This document shows positions 9,913 to 19,956 of a stretch of DNA of 64,000 bases, one piece after another. The position numbers and the translations under genes are program-made. Source of the DNA: a virus; the IMG/VR virus record IMGVR_UViG_3300046167_000870; one strand, given 5' to 3'. Numbering within the stretch: position 1 is the stretch's first letter; each line of letters begins with the position of its first letter. The notes below the pieces were generated by a model, which was not told where the DNA came from, did no database searches, and was given only the letters and a program-made list of their open reading frames with translations.

Positions 9913-10167
9913 TTATTTCAGACATATTTCTATTGTTTTATTTAAGTTAATAACATCTCTAATGTTAGCACACTTTTCATATTCTTCTTCTGCTATAAAA
10001 TATTCAAGTAAATCTTCAGCCAATTCCATTTCTGATTGTTCTGGATCTGGAATGAATATCATATCTTCTACTTCATTACTATCATTAGGTTCAAATTTAA
10101 TATCATTACCCATTAACATATTATAACCTACATTCATTGCTTTATCTACTAATTCGTATCCTTCCAT
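9913..10167 (-). CDS. Protein with UVR-like motif
   Basis: IAEEEYEKCANIRDVI resembles UvrB/C motif. Confidence 0.6.
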   Translation of the reverse strand: MEGYELVDKAMNVGYNMLMGNDIKFEPNDSNEVEDMIFIPDPEQSEMELAEDLLEYFIAEEEYEKCANIRDVINLNKTIEICLK

Positions 10168-10168
10168 A

Positions 10169-10408
10169 TTAAAACGGTAATGGTTCGTTAGACTTATCTT
10201 TAGGTGTAAACGTTGGATCTTCTAATTTACGGTAATCAAAACTACCAAATGGTTGTTCTCCAATTTCAGTTACTCTAACATGATCTGAATGGCGTCTATT
10301 TTCAATTGATAATTTTAAATCATTAGCTCGTTTCTTAGCCATATAATCATTATCAGCATAAACATACATTTCAATTGTTGCTACATATCTATTTTCCTTC
10401 TTGCTCAT
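10169..10408 (-). CDS. Hypothetical protein
   Basis: Packed ORF ending ...PLPF. Confidence 0.6.
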   Translation of the reverse strand: MSKKENRYVATIEMYVYADNDYMAKKRANDLKLSIENRRHSDHVRVTEIGEQPFGSFDYRKLEDPTFTPKDKSNEPLPF

Positions 10409-10826
10409 TTCTTAATTTTTTAATGTGTTTACAATTATTATTACTCATCCAAACCCCAGGGCAACTACAAGTATAATTACCAGTATCAGGATAAAATCGT
10501 GTTTTATACATTTTATCACCTTTTGAACTTGGTGTTTCTACCACTACAGTTTCTGCTTTTTTCTTTATTTTAGGTTTGATCCAATTAATATCTTCTAACC
10601 TAGTTTCAGGCAATACCTCCTGCCAAGATGGAACGATATATGTTTTACCATCTAATCTTACAATTCCAGGTGCAACATGCCCTTCATAATCATATTTGAA
10701 TAATCTATATGATATAAAGGGACCAAATCCACTTGGATTAATACTTAAATTGGATTTTTCCTTCCAAAATCTACGGGTTCTAATATTCCCGTATTTATTT
10801 AAATTTGAAAATTCTACTATGGGCAT
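10389..10826 (-). CDS. SWIM zinc-finger protein
   Basis: YTCSCPG...CKHI. Confidence 0.75.
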   Translation of the reverse strand: MPIVEFSNLNKYGNIRTRRFWKEKSNLSINPSGFGPFISYRLFKYDYEGHVAPGIVRLDGKTYIVPSWQEVLPETRLEDINWIKPKIKKKAETVVVETPSSKGDKMYKTRFYPDTGNYTCSCPGVWMSNNNCKHIKKLRNEQEGK

Positions 10827-10850
10827 AACCTTTATTTTTAATTACCCGTG

Positions 10851-10880
10851 AATATACGACCCCTCTACCGGGTATCCAAA
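10851..10880 (-). promoter_or_regulatory. Class I promoter motif
   Basis: aatatacgac-ccctctaccg-ggtatccaaa, 25 nt upstream of the 10826 start. Confidence 0.75.
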
Positions 10881-11204
10881 TCTTTACGCGGGTGTTTTTG
10901 TTTCCTTGTGTAAGTTTTTTTACTCTTATACACATTAGGTTTCATCGCATCCCAGATCTCCTGTTGAGTCAAGACTACCTGTTTCAATATTGGTTTTTTC
11001 TTTTCCATTCCATTCATCGTTAAAATACATCCAATGCCATTCTGGTTTGATCATGCTTCAAATCTTTCTTTTTTAACTTCTTTACTTTCTTGTAAGTCAA
11101 GTGATAATGCTAAACAAAATTCTTTTAATTTTCCCGCCTCATGTACATACATAAAATCTTCATCAGTCATGTTATTAAATAGTTGTACTGAACTTATTGT
11201 CATA

Positions 11205-11865
11205 TTATTGAAATTTTTCATTATAAAATCCGCTTTTAAATTTACCTATTGGGTGTGATGAATAAACACAAGCATACAACGCTCTAATTTTATTAGAGAT
11301 ATTAGGTGTTGATGTATGAGGTGTATTACCATCAATTATAACTATATCACCAGCATTGGCTAATATAATATCTTTACCACCAGTATCCAAATTTGTTACA
11401 CATAAAGGACCAACATCAAGGTCAGTCATATTAGTAAGTATCTGACAACAATTTATAGTTTTAAATTTACCCTGTTTAGCACCTTCAGGATCAACAACAT
11501 GATCATTATCACAGTGTTCATGAAAGTAAAAATTATCATTAGGTAATTTAACTACTACTTGATCATTGTATAAATAAGGTTCTTCAATCTGTAAAAATGT
11601 TTTGGCAATTTCTTTCATATTGGGGTGAGTATATAATCCCCCATAAGCGAGTATCTAATATAGATGCCATTTCTAAACCTGCCCAAAACACTCCACCACC
11701 TTCAGTTCTGTCCTGACCTTCTTGGTCCTTATATTTTTTCCTTAGTTGTATTGCTAGATGACGGGTTTCAGCTACAATGTTAGGTTCAATAACATTTTTT
11801 AAATGAATGTAACCTTGTTTATTAAAACTATCTACCTTGTCCTCTATAAGCTTTTTTATATCCAT
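11205..11865 (-). CDS. PhyH-family 2OG-Fe(II) dioxygenase, interrupted by one extra base at 11638-11642
   Basis: FNKQGYIHLKNVI N-term; HCD, GDIVIIDGNTPHTSTPN..R C-term; removing one G gives RLWGLYTHPNMKE, 219 aa. Confidence 0.75.
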
Positions 11866-11956
11866 TTTGTCCTCTTGAAGCATTCTTTGAATGCACACCT
11901 GGTCTTTTGGTTTTCTTAGGTTTGGTATAAACGCTTAATTGTAATTTTCTTGCCAT
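11828..11956 (-). CDS. 42-aa basic peptide ending YRGQGR (not in ORF track)
   Basis: MARKLQLSVYTKPKKTKRPGVHSKNASRGQNGYKKAYRGQGR; class II motif 15 nt upstream. Confidence 0.65.
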   Translation of the reverse strand: MARKLQLSVYTKPKKTKRPGVHSKNASRGQNGYKKAYRGQGR

Positions 11957-11982
11957 TGTATTGTTTAGGCATAAATATTACA

Positions 11983-12603
11983 CTAAACATTTAAATTATA
12001 TCCCCCAAACATCTCCATATATGAAGTCATTTTAGTACCAAAACCATCTTTAAATTCATAACCGTTTCTAAAAAATTTACGAACATTACCTTGACCTGCT
12101 AAATGAGCAGCTGCTAATATTCCCGATTCTGTAATTAATACTCCATGTACTACTTTGCCATCATATTTTTTAATGAAACGTCTTAATTTCTTTTTATTAT
12201 GTCTTAATAACTCTTGCATTGCTTGTTCTTGCAATTCAGGGCTATTTAAAAATTCTTCTTGAGTTACTTTAAATCCTAAACCTTTAAGTGTTGATTTACC
12301 AAATTGGTATTTACCCATATAACCAAAACTATTTACAATATCATATCTATTACCTGATTCTCTAAAACCAATAGCATCTAAAAATGCTTGATGTGAGGTT
12401 ACTATTAATTCCATTTCATTTACCGTTACCGGTTCAATTGGTATAGTAACTATACCTTTAGATGGCAATTCAATAATTGGGTTTACTACAGCTCTATATA
12501 CTGATGTAAATGCCATTAATGAAAATAATGCTAATGCAAATAATAAAAATATTGTAATACTATTTAATTTCTTTTTCATATTAAAAGTTTTTAAGAAAAT
12601 CAC
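11983..12603 (-). CDS. Membrane-anchored lysozyme/transglycosylase-like protein
   Basis: N-terminal TM; FRESGNRY, GKYQFG, AAAHLAG lysozyme-fold motifs. Confidence 0.75.
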   Translation of the reverse strand: MIFLKTFNMKKKLNSITIFLLFALALFSLMAFTSVYRAVVNPIIELPSKGIVTIPIEPVTVNEMELIVTSHQAFLDAIGFRESGNRYDIVNSFGYMGKYQFGKSTLKGLGFKVTQEEFLNSPELQEQAMQELLRHNKKKLRRFIKKYDGKVVHGVLITESGILAAAHLAGQGNVRKFFRNGYEFKDGFGTKMTSYMEMFGGYNLNV

Positions 12604-12747
12604 CCTTCATAGTCTTAGACTTTAATTGTTGAGCTTTTTTATCATTTTCAAGCATCTTATCTGCTAATTTTTCTACGTGTTTACTTTTTTGTTTTTCATA
12701 ATCACGAGTAATTTTATGATGCTTTTTATTTATTGATCTGGCTTTTT

Positions 12748-13368
12748 TCATATTCTACTTACATATTGATTTGGGTCATCTGATTCTTCATCATCTAGTC
12801 CTAATTCTTTTAATCGTTGTAAATGATAATCATCTACTTCCCATTCGACCTTTTCAGATGTACCATAATGTTCTTGTTTACTTTCAATTTGTTTAATGTC
12901 TTTGGTATTGAAAATGTCCCCAACTGTTAAAAAATAATGGTTATAACACAGTAATTCAATGTTATCTAAACTATAATTATTGGAATTATTATCTTTGAAG
13001 TGTAACAGTAATGGTACTTTATAATCAAGCACCCTTCGTTCTTTAAATTGACATACAGAACATTCCTCTAATAAATATCCTTGTTCTATAAGAGCATACT
13101 TAAGTTTAGCAGGAGAAAATGAATTTGAATCAATTCTACCTTCAATTATCTCAAGCATATGAGGCATTTTTTTAGGCCCTTTTAAATATTTAGGTATACC
13201 CTTACCAGCTTGATTCTTATGTTGCTCAAATAAGTTATACATTTTAGCGTATTTCTTATAGTGCTGATATGAAACATGCAAGTATCTAGCTGCAGCCATA
13301 TTAGATAATGTTTTACCTTGAGCTGCAACTATTTGCTCTTTACTTAAGAATTTCTTCTTATTTGCCAT
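12748..13368 (-). CDS. HTH + degenerate HNH-like zinc-binding protein
   Basis: SNMAAARYLHVSY (HTH); CSVC...LLLHFKD..N...NIELLCYNH. Confidence 0.65.
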   Translation of the reverse strand: MANKKKFLSKEQIVAAQGKTLSNMAAARYLHVSYQHYKKYAKMYNLFEQHKNQAGKGIPKYLKGPKKMPHMLEIIEGRIDSNSFSPAKLKYALIEQGYLLEECSVCQFKERRVLDYKVPLLLHFKDNNSNNYSLDNIELLCYNHYFLTVGDIFNTKDIKQIESKQEHYGTSEKVEWEVDDYHLQRLKELGLDDEESDDPNQYVSRI

Positions 13369-13684
13369 CTACATCTTTTATTGTAACTGGACCGTATAAG
13401 TTTTTATCATCATCCATATCTTGCATTTCGGCCTTACCACTTTTATCTAGGTTTTTTAACGCCTTTTCATTATGATTATAAGCACGATACTGATCATCAT
13501 TCATAATTACAGTTTCAATCCATGTATGGTCACCTTCTCCCATCATAACAGGTACTCCGTGCTTCATCCCTTCACCTTTACCATTTTCAGAGCATGTAAC
13601 ACAAAAATTATAACCATATTTAGTCAATCTCAATTCGGGCATATCTTCACCGCAACACTTACATTTAATCATTTTTAATTTCAT
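13358..13684 (-). CDS. TraR/DksA-type C4 zinc-finger protein
   Basis: CKCCGEDMPELRL...FCVTC; likely start MKLKMIKC. Confidence 0.55.
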   Translation of the reverse strand: MKLKMIKCKCCGEDMPELRLTKYGYNFCVTCSENGKGEGMKHGVPVMMGEGDHTWIETVIMNDDQYRAYNHNEKALKNLDKSGKAEMQDMDDDKNLYGPVTIKDVDGK

Positions 13685-13734
13685 AGTTGATCTTTTAATA
13701 GTCTGTAACATAAATATATTAATTTAATTTAATT

Positions 13735-14115
13735 TTAAGAAAGCCATAAAGAATTTTTATATGTATCCTTTAGCTTTTTTTCTTCATAATATAAATCTAC
13801 CTTCCATCTATACCCATCTATCATTCTATCCTCAGGTAATTCTTTAAATCTAACTTCAACAGTATCACCAACTTCTAGTTTTTCATCTAAAACTTTCATT
13901 GTTTTATAACTACCATTTCCTGGTTTTAAATATTTACCTGAATTTCTATAAGATGCAAATCTAGATTTATTAGTTGAACTATTACCTTCACCATATATTC
14001 CAACTTTAATTATTCTACCTTTATAAACTAGAATATATAATCCTCTTTTAATAACTTTATCTTTAGGGATAAGTGGAACGTCAATATACCCCTCACTTAT
14101 TTTTTTAATTATCAT
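13735..14115 (-). CDS. GIY-YIG-like nuclease
   Basis: GLYILV...IIKVG..., conserved R and C-terminal E. Confidence 0.55.
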   Translation of the reverse strand: MIIKKISEGYIDVPLIPKDKVIKRGLYILVYKGRIIKVGIYGEGNSSTNKSRFASYRNSGKYLKPGNGSYKTMKVLDEKLEVGDTVEVRFKELPEDRMIDGYRWKVDLYYEEKKLKDTYKNSLWLS

Positions 14116-15380
14116 ACTTCTCTTTTTTCTCCGTGAACGATTTTTACTGTTGGGAATCTTAAACTAATTCCACCTTTATCATTTTTAGTTTCTTCAAAAT
14201 ATTGAACAGTAATTATTTTACCTACAATTGAACCATCCATATACTTTAAACGTTGATCTTGACTCCAACCACTACCAACTTTTACTTTAAATCCTTTATG
14301 TTCAATCCATACTTGAGATAACATTTTAATTGTTTCTGATTTACCATCTCTAACTACTTCATGATCATCAACATCAAAATCAATTACTTTATATTCAGCA
14401 TCGTAGAATTTTTTTACTTTAAGTAAATTTTTAGTACGTTTACCTTCATAACTAACATCTTTACGTACCATAAATCCTTCCCATTTATTATCAGTTGCTA
14501 TTTGACCCCATTTATCAAAGTGTCTACCATCTGTTATTTGGAATTGTTCTGTATAACGTAAAATATCAGTTGTAATATATCTACCTGTTAAGAATCCTCT
14601 TAATGCTCCTAATCTTTGACTTAAGATAGGACCACCTTTTTGAGCATCAAAATTCGGTTTATGAATCATATCAAATATCATATAAGCTGGATTTTCAATT
14701 TGATGGTCTTTACGTCTTAATTGTTTCATTATACCTTGAAAATCTTCATCTCCATTCTCATCAATTAAACAAATTTCACCATCAAATACAGTATTAATAA
14801 TACCTGTTGATTCAATTGCTTCTTTTACTTTATTTAATGTAGTTAATTCTTTACCCATTCTAGAATAAAGTGTACATTCACCTTCATAATTAACAACAGC
14901 TAAACACCTAACACCATCTAATTTTCTACTAGCATACCAGTCATCATTTACCCAATCACAATTATCATCATATTCTTTAGCTAATGCTACTGAAAATGTT
15001 GGTATTAAACCAGGTACTGCTTTATTAATAACTTTTGCTCCAGCTCTAATACCTAAATCTTTATCTATAATTTTATAAATAATTGGATCATATTTGTTGG
15101 CAGCAAAACTATTTAAACAACGTACAGCATCATGTCCTGTTATTTCTCTATTAGTTAATTTATCTAATAATTCATATAAAGCATAATCATTTGTTCCATT
15201 AATTAAATCACTTCTTTTTTTACAAGTTTTACTTGTAACATGATATTGTTTAAATGGATTATAAGTATACTCTAATAATCTATGAACATCACTACTTGCA
15301 TCCTTAATTATTTTAACCTTTTCTGTGCTGCTACTTGTAGCTCGCATTGCACTTATAAACTCAGTATATTCTAACATCAT
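14112..15380 (-). CDS. ATP-dependent DNA ligase
   Basis: RKLDGVR, FDGEI, EGFMVRK, LLKVKK, VGSG, SLRFP. Confidence 0.95.
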   Translation of the reverse strand: MMLEYTEFISAMRATSSSTEKVKIIKDASSDVHRLLEYTYNPFKQYHVTSKTCKKRSDLINGTNDYALYELLDKLTNREITGHDAVRCLNSFAANKYDPIIYKIIDKDLGIRAGAKVINKAVPGLIPTFSVALAKEYDDNCDWVNDDWYASRKLDGVRCLAVVNYEGECTLYSRMGKELTTLNKVKEAIESTGIINTVFDGEICLIDENGDEDFQGIMKQLRRKDHQIENPAYMIFDMIHKPNFDAQKGGPILSQRLGALRGFLTGRYITTDILRYTEQFQITDGRHFDKWGQIATDNKWEGFMVRKDVSYEGKRTKNLLKVKKFYDAEYKVIDFDVDDHEVVRDGKSETIKMLSQVWIEHKGFKVKVGSGWSQDQRLKYMDGSIVGKIITVQYFEETKNDKGGISLRFPTVKIVHGEKREV

Positions 15381-15419
15381 AATACTTTTTAATTTTTAAT
15401 AATTTATTTTTCATATTAT

Positions 15420-15617
15420 TTATTTAACAATTTCTACTTCAGTCCATGCTGCTAAATGTACTACTTCATTATTACTATTAGTACAATAACTATACATTCC
15501 ATCTACATGACTAAAATTTAACACTTCTTGCTCTTCGATAATTGGAGCAGCGGGAGGTACTTTAATATCCCCCACTACTCTAATTTTACTATTTCTAGGT
15601 ACATCGTATAACTTCAT
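15420..15617 (-). CDS. Hypothetical protein
   Basis: Packed ORF. Confidence 0.6.
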   Translation of the reverse strand: MKLYDVPRNSKIRVVGDIKVPPAAPIIEEQEVLNFSHVDGMYSYCTNSNNEVVHLAAWTEVEIVK

Positions 15618-15618
15618 A

Positions 15619-16362
15619 TTATTTAGCTTTTTGGTTATTAAATCTTTCCATTAATGCTTCAGTACTTTCACTTACAGCATCATATTTTTTATGAAATCTT
15701 ACTTTTTCTAATTCACCACTATAACCTAAAGTAAAACTAACTTCACTACCTGATTGAAATTTAACTTTAACTATTGGAAATGAAGTATAAGATCTTCTGT
15801 AATAATCAGAACCTCTAGTAACTACAGCTTTAGGATATTGCTTTTGAAATTTAGCAATTACATTTTTTATTGCTACATCTTCAGCATTCATTCTATTTAA
15901 TTTACTATTCTGTAAACTATTATGCTCATTATATTTAACTAATAATGAACTTGGCTTATAATATCTATACTGTGAAGTAACACTAGTACACATTAATTTA
16001 TTACCCTCTCTACTAACAGTAGAATTATAAATTTTTATTTTACCTTCATGAACAGTATTTACTTTTAAATAAACACTACCACAAGCATTTAAATAAGTAA
16101 CTTCATATTCATAATTAGTATTATTATATGAATAACCGAAATCTTTTTCAGTAGTAACTTCATGAATTTCAAAATTACTATCATAATCTTTACCTTGAAC
16201 AAAACCTGCTTCATCCAACATTAACATAATTCTATTAACATTTTCTTGACTCTCAGCAGCATTTTTAGCTTGATACTTTATCCAATTTTGAACTTCTTTT
16301 TCTTGTTCTTGAGTTAATACTACTCCATGAAATAAATCTAATTGATTGTTTGAATTTGACAT
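15619..16362 (-). CDS. Hypothetical protein
   Basis: 247-aa ORF downstream of class I promoter. Confidence 0.7.
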   Translation of the reverse strand: MSNSNNQLDLFHGVVLTQEQEKEVQNWIKYQAKNAAESQENVNRIMLMLDEAGFVQGKDYDSNFEIHEVTTEKDFGYSYNNTNYEYEVTYLNACGSVYLKVNTVHEGKIKIYNSTVSREGNKLMCTSVTSQYRYYKPSSLLVKYNEHNSLQNSKLNRMNAEDVAIKNVIAKFQKQYPKAVVTRGSDYYRRSYTSFPIVKVKFQSGSEVSFTLGYSGELEKVRFHKKYDAVSESTEALMERFNNQKAK

Positions 16363-16400
16363 AACCTTTATTTTTAATTATTATTCTTATTTACTCTGTA

Positions 16401-16430
16401 AATATACGACCCCTCTCCCGGGTATCCAAA
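16401..16430 (-). promoter_or_regulatory. Class I promoter motif
   Basis: aatatacgac-ccctctcccg-ggtatccaaa; 29/30 identical to the 10851 copy. Confidence 0.75.
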
Positions 16431-16611
16431 TTTTACCGCGGGAATCTTTATTCGCTTGCATAATGCCATTCCCAATCTTGGTCGGCTGAGCATTCGATTT
16501 TATCGTATTCTTGATTGTATTCTTCGATAGTTACCCATTTATCAATTTCACTATCATATATCATCCCATCTATTTCTTTAGCCATATATTATTTTTTTTA
16601 AATTCCTGGTG

Positions 16612-16641
16612 AATATACGACCTCTATCTTGGGTATCCTAC
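16612..16641 (-). promoter_or_regulatory. Class I promoter motif
   Basis: aatatacga...ggtatcc at +20. Confidence 0.7.
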
Positions 16642-17465
16642 TAAATTATGGCTCTTCCTTTCATTTTTTCCCAATCACGATTTTTTCTAACTTGTTCGTT
16701 TTTGGTATTAGTAGAAATTAACATAATGGGATGAATGGTAAGTTTACCAGCTACTTTAATTAATGCTTTAACATCTTTAGGGAAACAATGTCCTCCATAT
16801 CCAAAATCACCATCTGGACCTGGTACATTCCAATGTGATTTACCTAAACGTTCATCATAACAAGCATATTCTATTACTTTATCATAATCAACATCTAATC
16901 CTTCACATATTTCATACATTTCATTTGCAAATGATACTTTAGTTGCCAGGAAGCTATTAGTAACATATTTAACCATTTCAGCATATGTTGAATCAGTTTT
17001 AACTATAGTTGCTTTAGGGAATACTTTAGAATATAGTGTTTTTAATTTAGTAGTACCTTTTCTAGGTCCACCTAATATAATTCTAGTTTGGTTATTAAAA
17101 TCTTCTACTGCATTTGCTTCAGTTAGAAACTCAGGATTAAATACAATACTTAAACTAGGAAATTTTTTATTCCATTCTGCTACTGTACCTGGAGGTACTG
17201 TTGATTTAATTACTACTATTTTAGCTTTACCAAATTCAAAACATCGTTTAACTGCTGCTTCAACTATGTCTATATGGCAGCTACCATCTTGATTCATTGG
17301 GGTTGGTAAACAAATAAATACTATTTCACTATCTAAAGTTGCTTGTTCATTACTATTACAATGAATACTACCTTTTATATCATATGTTTTTACATTATAA
17401 TAATGTTTAAATTTTTGATAAATTGCATTACCAACAAAACCTTGACCAATTATTCCTATTTCCAT
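16641..17465 (-). CDS. UDP-glucose/GDP-mannose 6-dehydrogenase family (short form without C-terminal domain)
   Basis: GIIGQGFVG, CLPTP, KSTVPPG, NPEFL, GYGGHCFPKD. Confidence 0.9.
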   Translation of the reverse strand: MEIGIIGQGFVGNAIYQKFKHYYNVKTYDIKGSIHCNSNEQATLDSEIVFICLPTPMNQDGSCHIDIVEAAVKRCFEFGKAKIVVIKSTVPPGTVAEWNKKFPSLSIVFNPEFLTEANAVEDFNNQTRIILGGPRKGTTKLKTLYSKVFPKATIVKTDSTYAEMVKYVTNSFLATKVSFANEMYEICEGLDVDYDKVIEYACYDERLGKSHWNVPGPDGDFGYGGHCFPKDVKALIKVAGKLTIHPIMLISTNTKNEQVRKNRDWEKMKGRAII

Positions 17466-17466
17466 A

Positions 17467-18462
17467 TTACTTCCAAAAACTATAAATTCCTTTATCTAAC
17501 TCATAACTCGGCCATACAAATCTATCTCTCATAGGTTGTTGTTTAGCCCATTCCCACATTTCAGTTAAACCTGCTTTTAGGGATGTTTTATGTTCAAACC
17601 CTAATATATCAATTGATTTCTGATATGTTGGTATTGAATGTTTAACTTCATGTCTTGCTTCTTTAAATACTGTTTCACCATCACCAATTACTGTTTGTAA
17701 TATTTGATTAGCATGTAATATTGAATGTTCAGCTATACCTCCTAAGTTAATTATTTCTTTACTTGCTTCAGGTTTAATAGCTGCATTCCAAAGTGGTTCT
17801 AATGAATCATCTATATAACTAAATGCTCTTGTTTGTTTTCCATCTCCAAATATAGTCATTGGTTGACCATTTAAATGTTGGAACATCCAAATACCAAGTA
17901 CATTTCTGTATTTATCCCAAATATTTTGTTTAATACCATAAACGTTATGAGGTCTAATTATACAATAATCTAACCCATGTTGTTCAGATGCAATTTGAAT
18001 ATCCATTTCACAAGCATATTTTGCAACTCCATAGGGATCAATTGGTGCTTGTTGTTGTTTTTCATCAAAAATGCCTCCATAACCATGACCATACACAGCT
18101 AATGTAGACGTAAATACCAACCGTTTAACATCGTATTTTATACAGTTATTAACTATGCGGGCTGTAGCTTTTAAGTTATTATCATAATTGTATCCACGTA
18201 TAAAAGGCGATAATCCTTCAGCAGCATACGCTGCAAAATGAAATACATAATCTGGTTTATGTACTTCAAAACAATTTTCAATTGGATGATTTACAAGATC
18301 CATTTGCCAAAAATCTACTTTTGGGTTAATGTTTTCTTCAAAACCACCACTTAGATCATCTAAACCTACTACTTTATATTCTGGTTTGTTTTCAATTATC
18401 CAATCAGCTAATCTACTACCTAGTAAACCTGCTACACCTGTAATTAATACTGTTTTATTCAT
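17467..18462 (-). CDS. NAD-dependent nucleotide-sugar epimerase/dehydratase
   Basis: TGVAGLLG, YGVAK (YxxxK), RPHNVYG, GDGKQTRAF. Confidence 0.9.
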   Translation of the reverse strand: MNKTVLITGVAGLLGSRLADWIIENKPEYKVVGLDDLSGGFEENINPKVDFWQMDLVNHPIENCFEVHKPDYVFHFAAYAAEGLSPFIRGYNYDNNLKATARIVNNCIKYDVKRLVFTSTLAVYGHGYGGIFDEKQQQAPIDPYGVAKYACEMDIQIASEQHGLDYCIIRPHNVYGIKQNIWDKYRNVLGIWMFQHLNGQPMTIFGDGKQTRAFSYIDDSLEPLWNAAIKPEASKEIINLGGIAEHSILHANQILQTVIGDGETVFKEARHEVKHSIPTYQKSIDILGFEHKTSLKAGLTEMWEWAKQQPMRDRFVWPSYELDKGIYSFWK

Positions 18463-19252
18463 ATTTTATTCCTTTTATAATTTGGCCATTTTTAGGGTTA
18501 TGGGAGAGATTATCAAAAATTGATGCTCGTATCCCCCATTTATACATAAATAGATCCGCTGCTGGTTGCTCGCTAGCTTTAAATTTAACACCCTCTTTTC
18601 CATTTTTTGTAGCTGTACTACCAAAATGGTATAAATGTGCTTCGTGTGTTCTAATAAAACCAAGACCATTTAAATCTAACTTTAAAAAGAAATCCCAATC
18701 ACAAATAAATGGTGACTGATACATTACATCAAATCCACCTACTATCATATAATCTTTTTTATACATAGCAAAAGGAAATATACCACCATTTAATGTTAAT
18801 CCTTCTTGTTTAATTGACTTTTCATATTCAATAAAACTTGGATAATCAAATTCTTTTGGATTACGACCAAAATCTTTAACTACAAAATTAAATATACCTG
18901 GTCCTGTTGGTTCAATTTGATTTAAAGTTAATACCTTATTTTTAACTAGCGTTTTTTCGATTACAGTATCCCATCCACTACAGAACACATTATCATCATT
19001 TACTATAAATATTTTTTCATTACTAGCATTTATTACACCTAAATTAAGTGCTTGCTGCATGCCCTGATTATGACCTAAATCAAGTACTGATATGTAATCT
19101 TTATATGTTTCTAATACTTGCTTGCTTTCTTCATAAAATCCATCTACAGCAACTATGATTTCATTTTTATTATCTTGTTGGTCTATAGCTGATTGTAGAC
19201 AAATGTCTAAATATTCAGGATTTCTATAAGTTGGTATTATTACACTAATCAT
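18455..19252 (-). CDS. GT2 glycosyltransferase
   Basis: ISVIIPTY, NDD, GGFD, DWDF; likely start MISVII. Confidence 0.85.
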   Translation of the reverse strand: MISVIIPTYRNPEYLDICLQSAIDQQDNKNEIIVAVDGFYEESKQVLETYKDYISVLDLGHNQGMQQALNLGVINASNEKIFIVNDDNVFCSGWDTVIEKTLVKNKVLTLNQIEPTGPGIFNFVVKDFGRNPKEFDYPSFIEYEKSIKQEGLTLNGGIFPFAMYKKDYMIVGGFDVMYQSPFICDWDFFLKLDLNGLGFIRTHEAHLYHFGSTATKNGKEGVKFKASEQPAADLFMYKWGIRASIFDNLSHNPKNGQIIKGIKYE

Positions 19253-19956
19253 ATTTTGTTCCAAATTGCTGTTTTTTTCCAATTATTTAATGGTGATAAC
19301 CAAGCTGTCTCTCCGTGTGTAGCATAACCTGGTATCGGAGTTACTAATAATTTATTTGCATATCTCAATTCTAAAAACATTTTAAAATCTTCTGGGTGTG
19401 CACCTGAAGTATGGTGTCTAAGTATACTTTCATTTTCCCTTAATGTGCTAACTTGAGCTGCAAATGTCATTGTTGTACTGTTTGTTATTTTCCAATGTGT
19501 AGATTCAGTTAAGTATACTCTAGTATCCTCAGCTCCTCCTTCACAATATGGATTTCCACCTTCATTTGGACTTAAATATTTGTCTGGATGATCATATAAT
19601 GAAACAAATTGAGCTCCTAATGATAACCCTTCTTCAATAATAACTCTAGAATCTGGTTTGTGTAAATAATCATTTTCTAAAAAATAAACAGTATCACTAT
19701 CTGACATTTTAAGTGCTTCATCTAAAGCAATATTAAATGTAGCAGCACCATTACCTTTATTAACATATAAAATATGATCTTTAGATTTATATTTTTCAAT
19801 CATATCACTAGTTTCCTTAGAAACATTATCTGCTATAATAGACCATTCACAATCATCAAATACTTTAACTGCATTTGCTAAACAATTTTCATTATTAATA
19901 TAATCAGGTTTTACTTTACTATAACCTGCATCTGATATTCTATAAATTATTCTCAT
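19249..19956 (-). CDS. GT-A fold glycosyltransferase
   Basis: YFLENDYLH DxD-like motif; lies within glycan cluster. Confidence 0.7.
   Translation of the reverse strand: MRIIYRISDAGYSKVKPDYINNENCLANAVKVFDDCEWSIIADNVSKETSDMIEKYKSKDHILYVNKGNGAATFNIALDEALKMSDSDTVYFLENDYLHKPDSRVIIEEGLSLGAQFVSLYDHPDKYLSPNEGGNPYCEGGAEDTRVYLTESTHWKITNSTTMTFAAQVSTLRENESILRHHTSGAHPEDFKMFLELRYANKLLVTPIPGYATHGETAWLSPLNNWKKTAIWNKI

Noticed and set aside
10851-16641. Near-identical 30-bp repeats as CRISPR repeats or att sites
   Set aside because: Dispersed, not arrayed, and positioned just upstream of starts; better explained as promoters. The Cas4-like nuclease has no cas context
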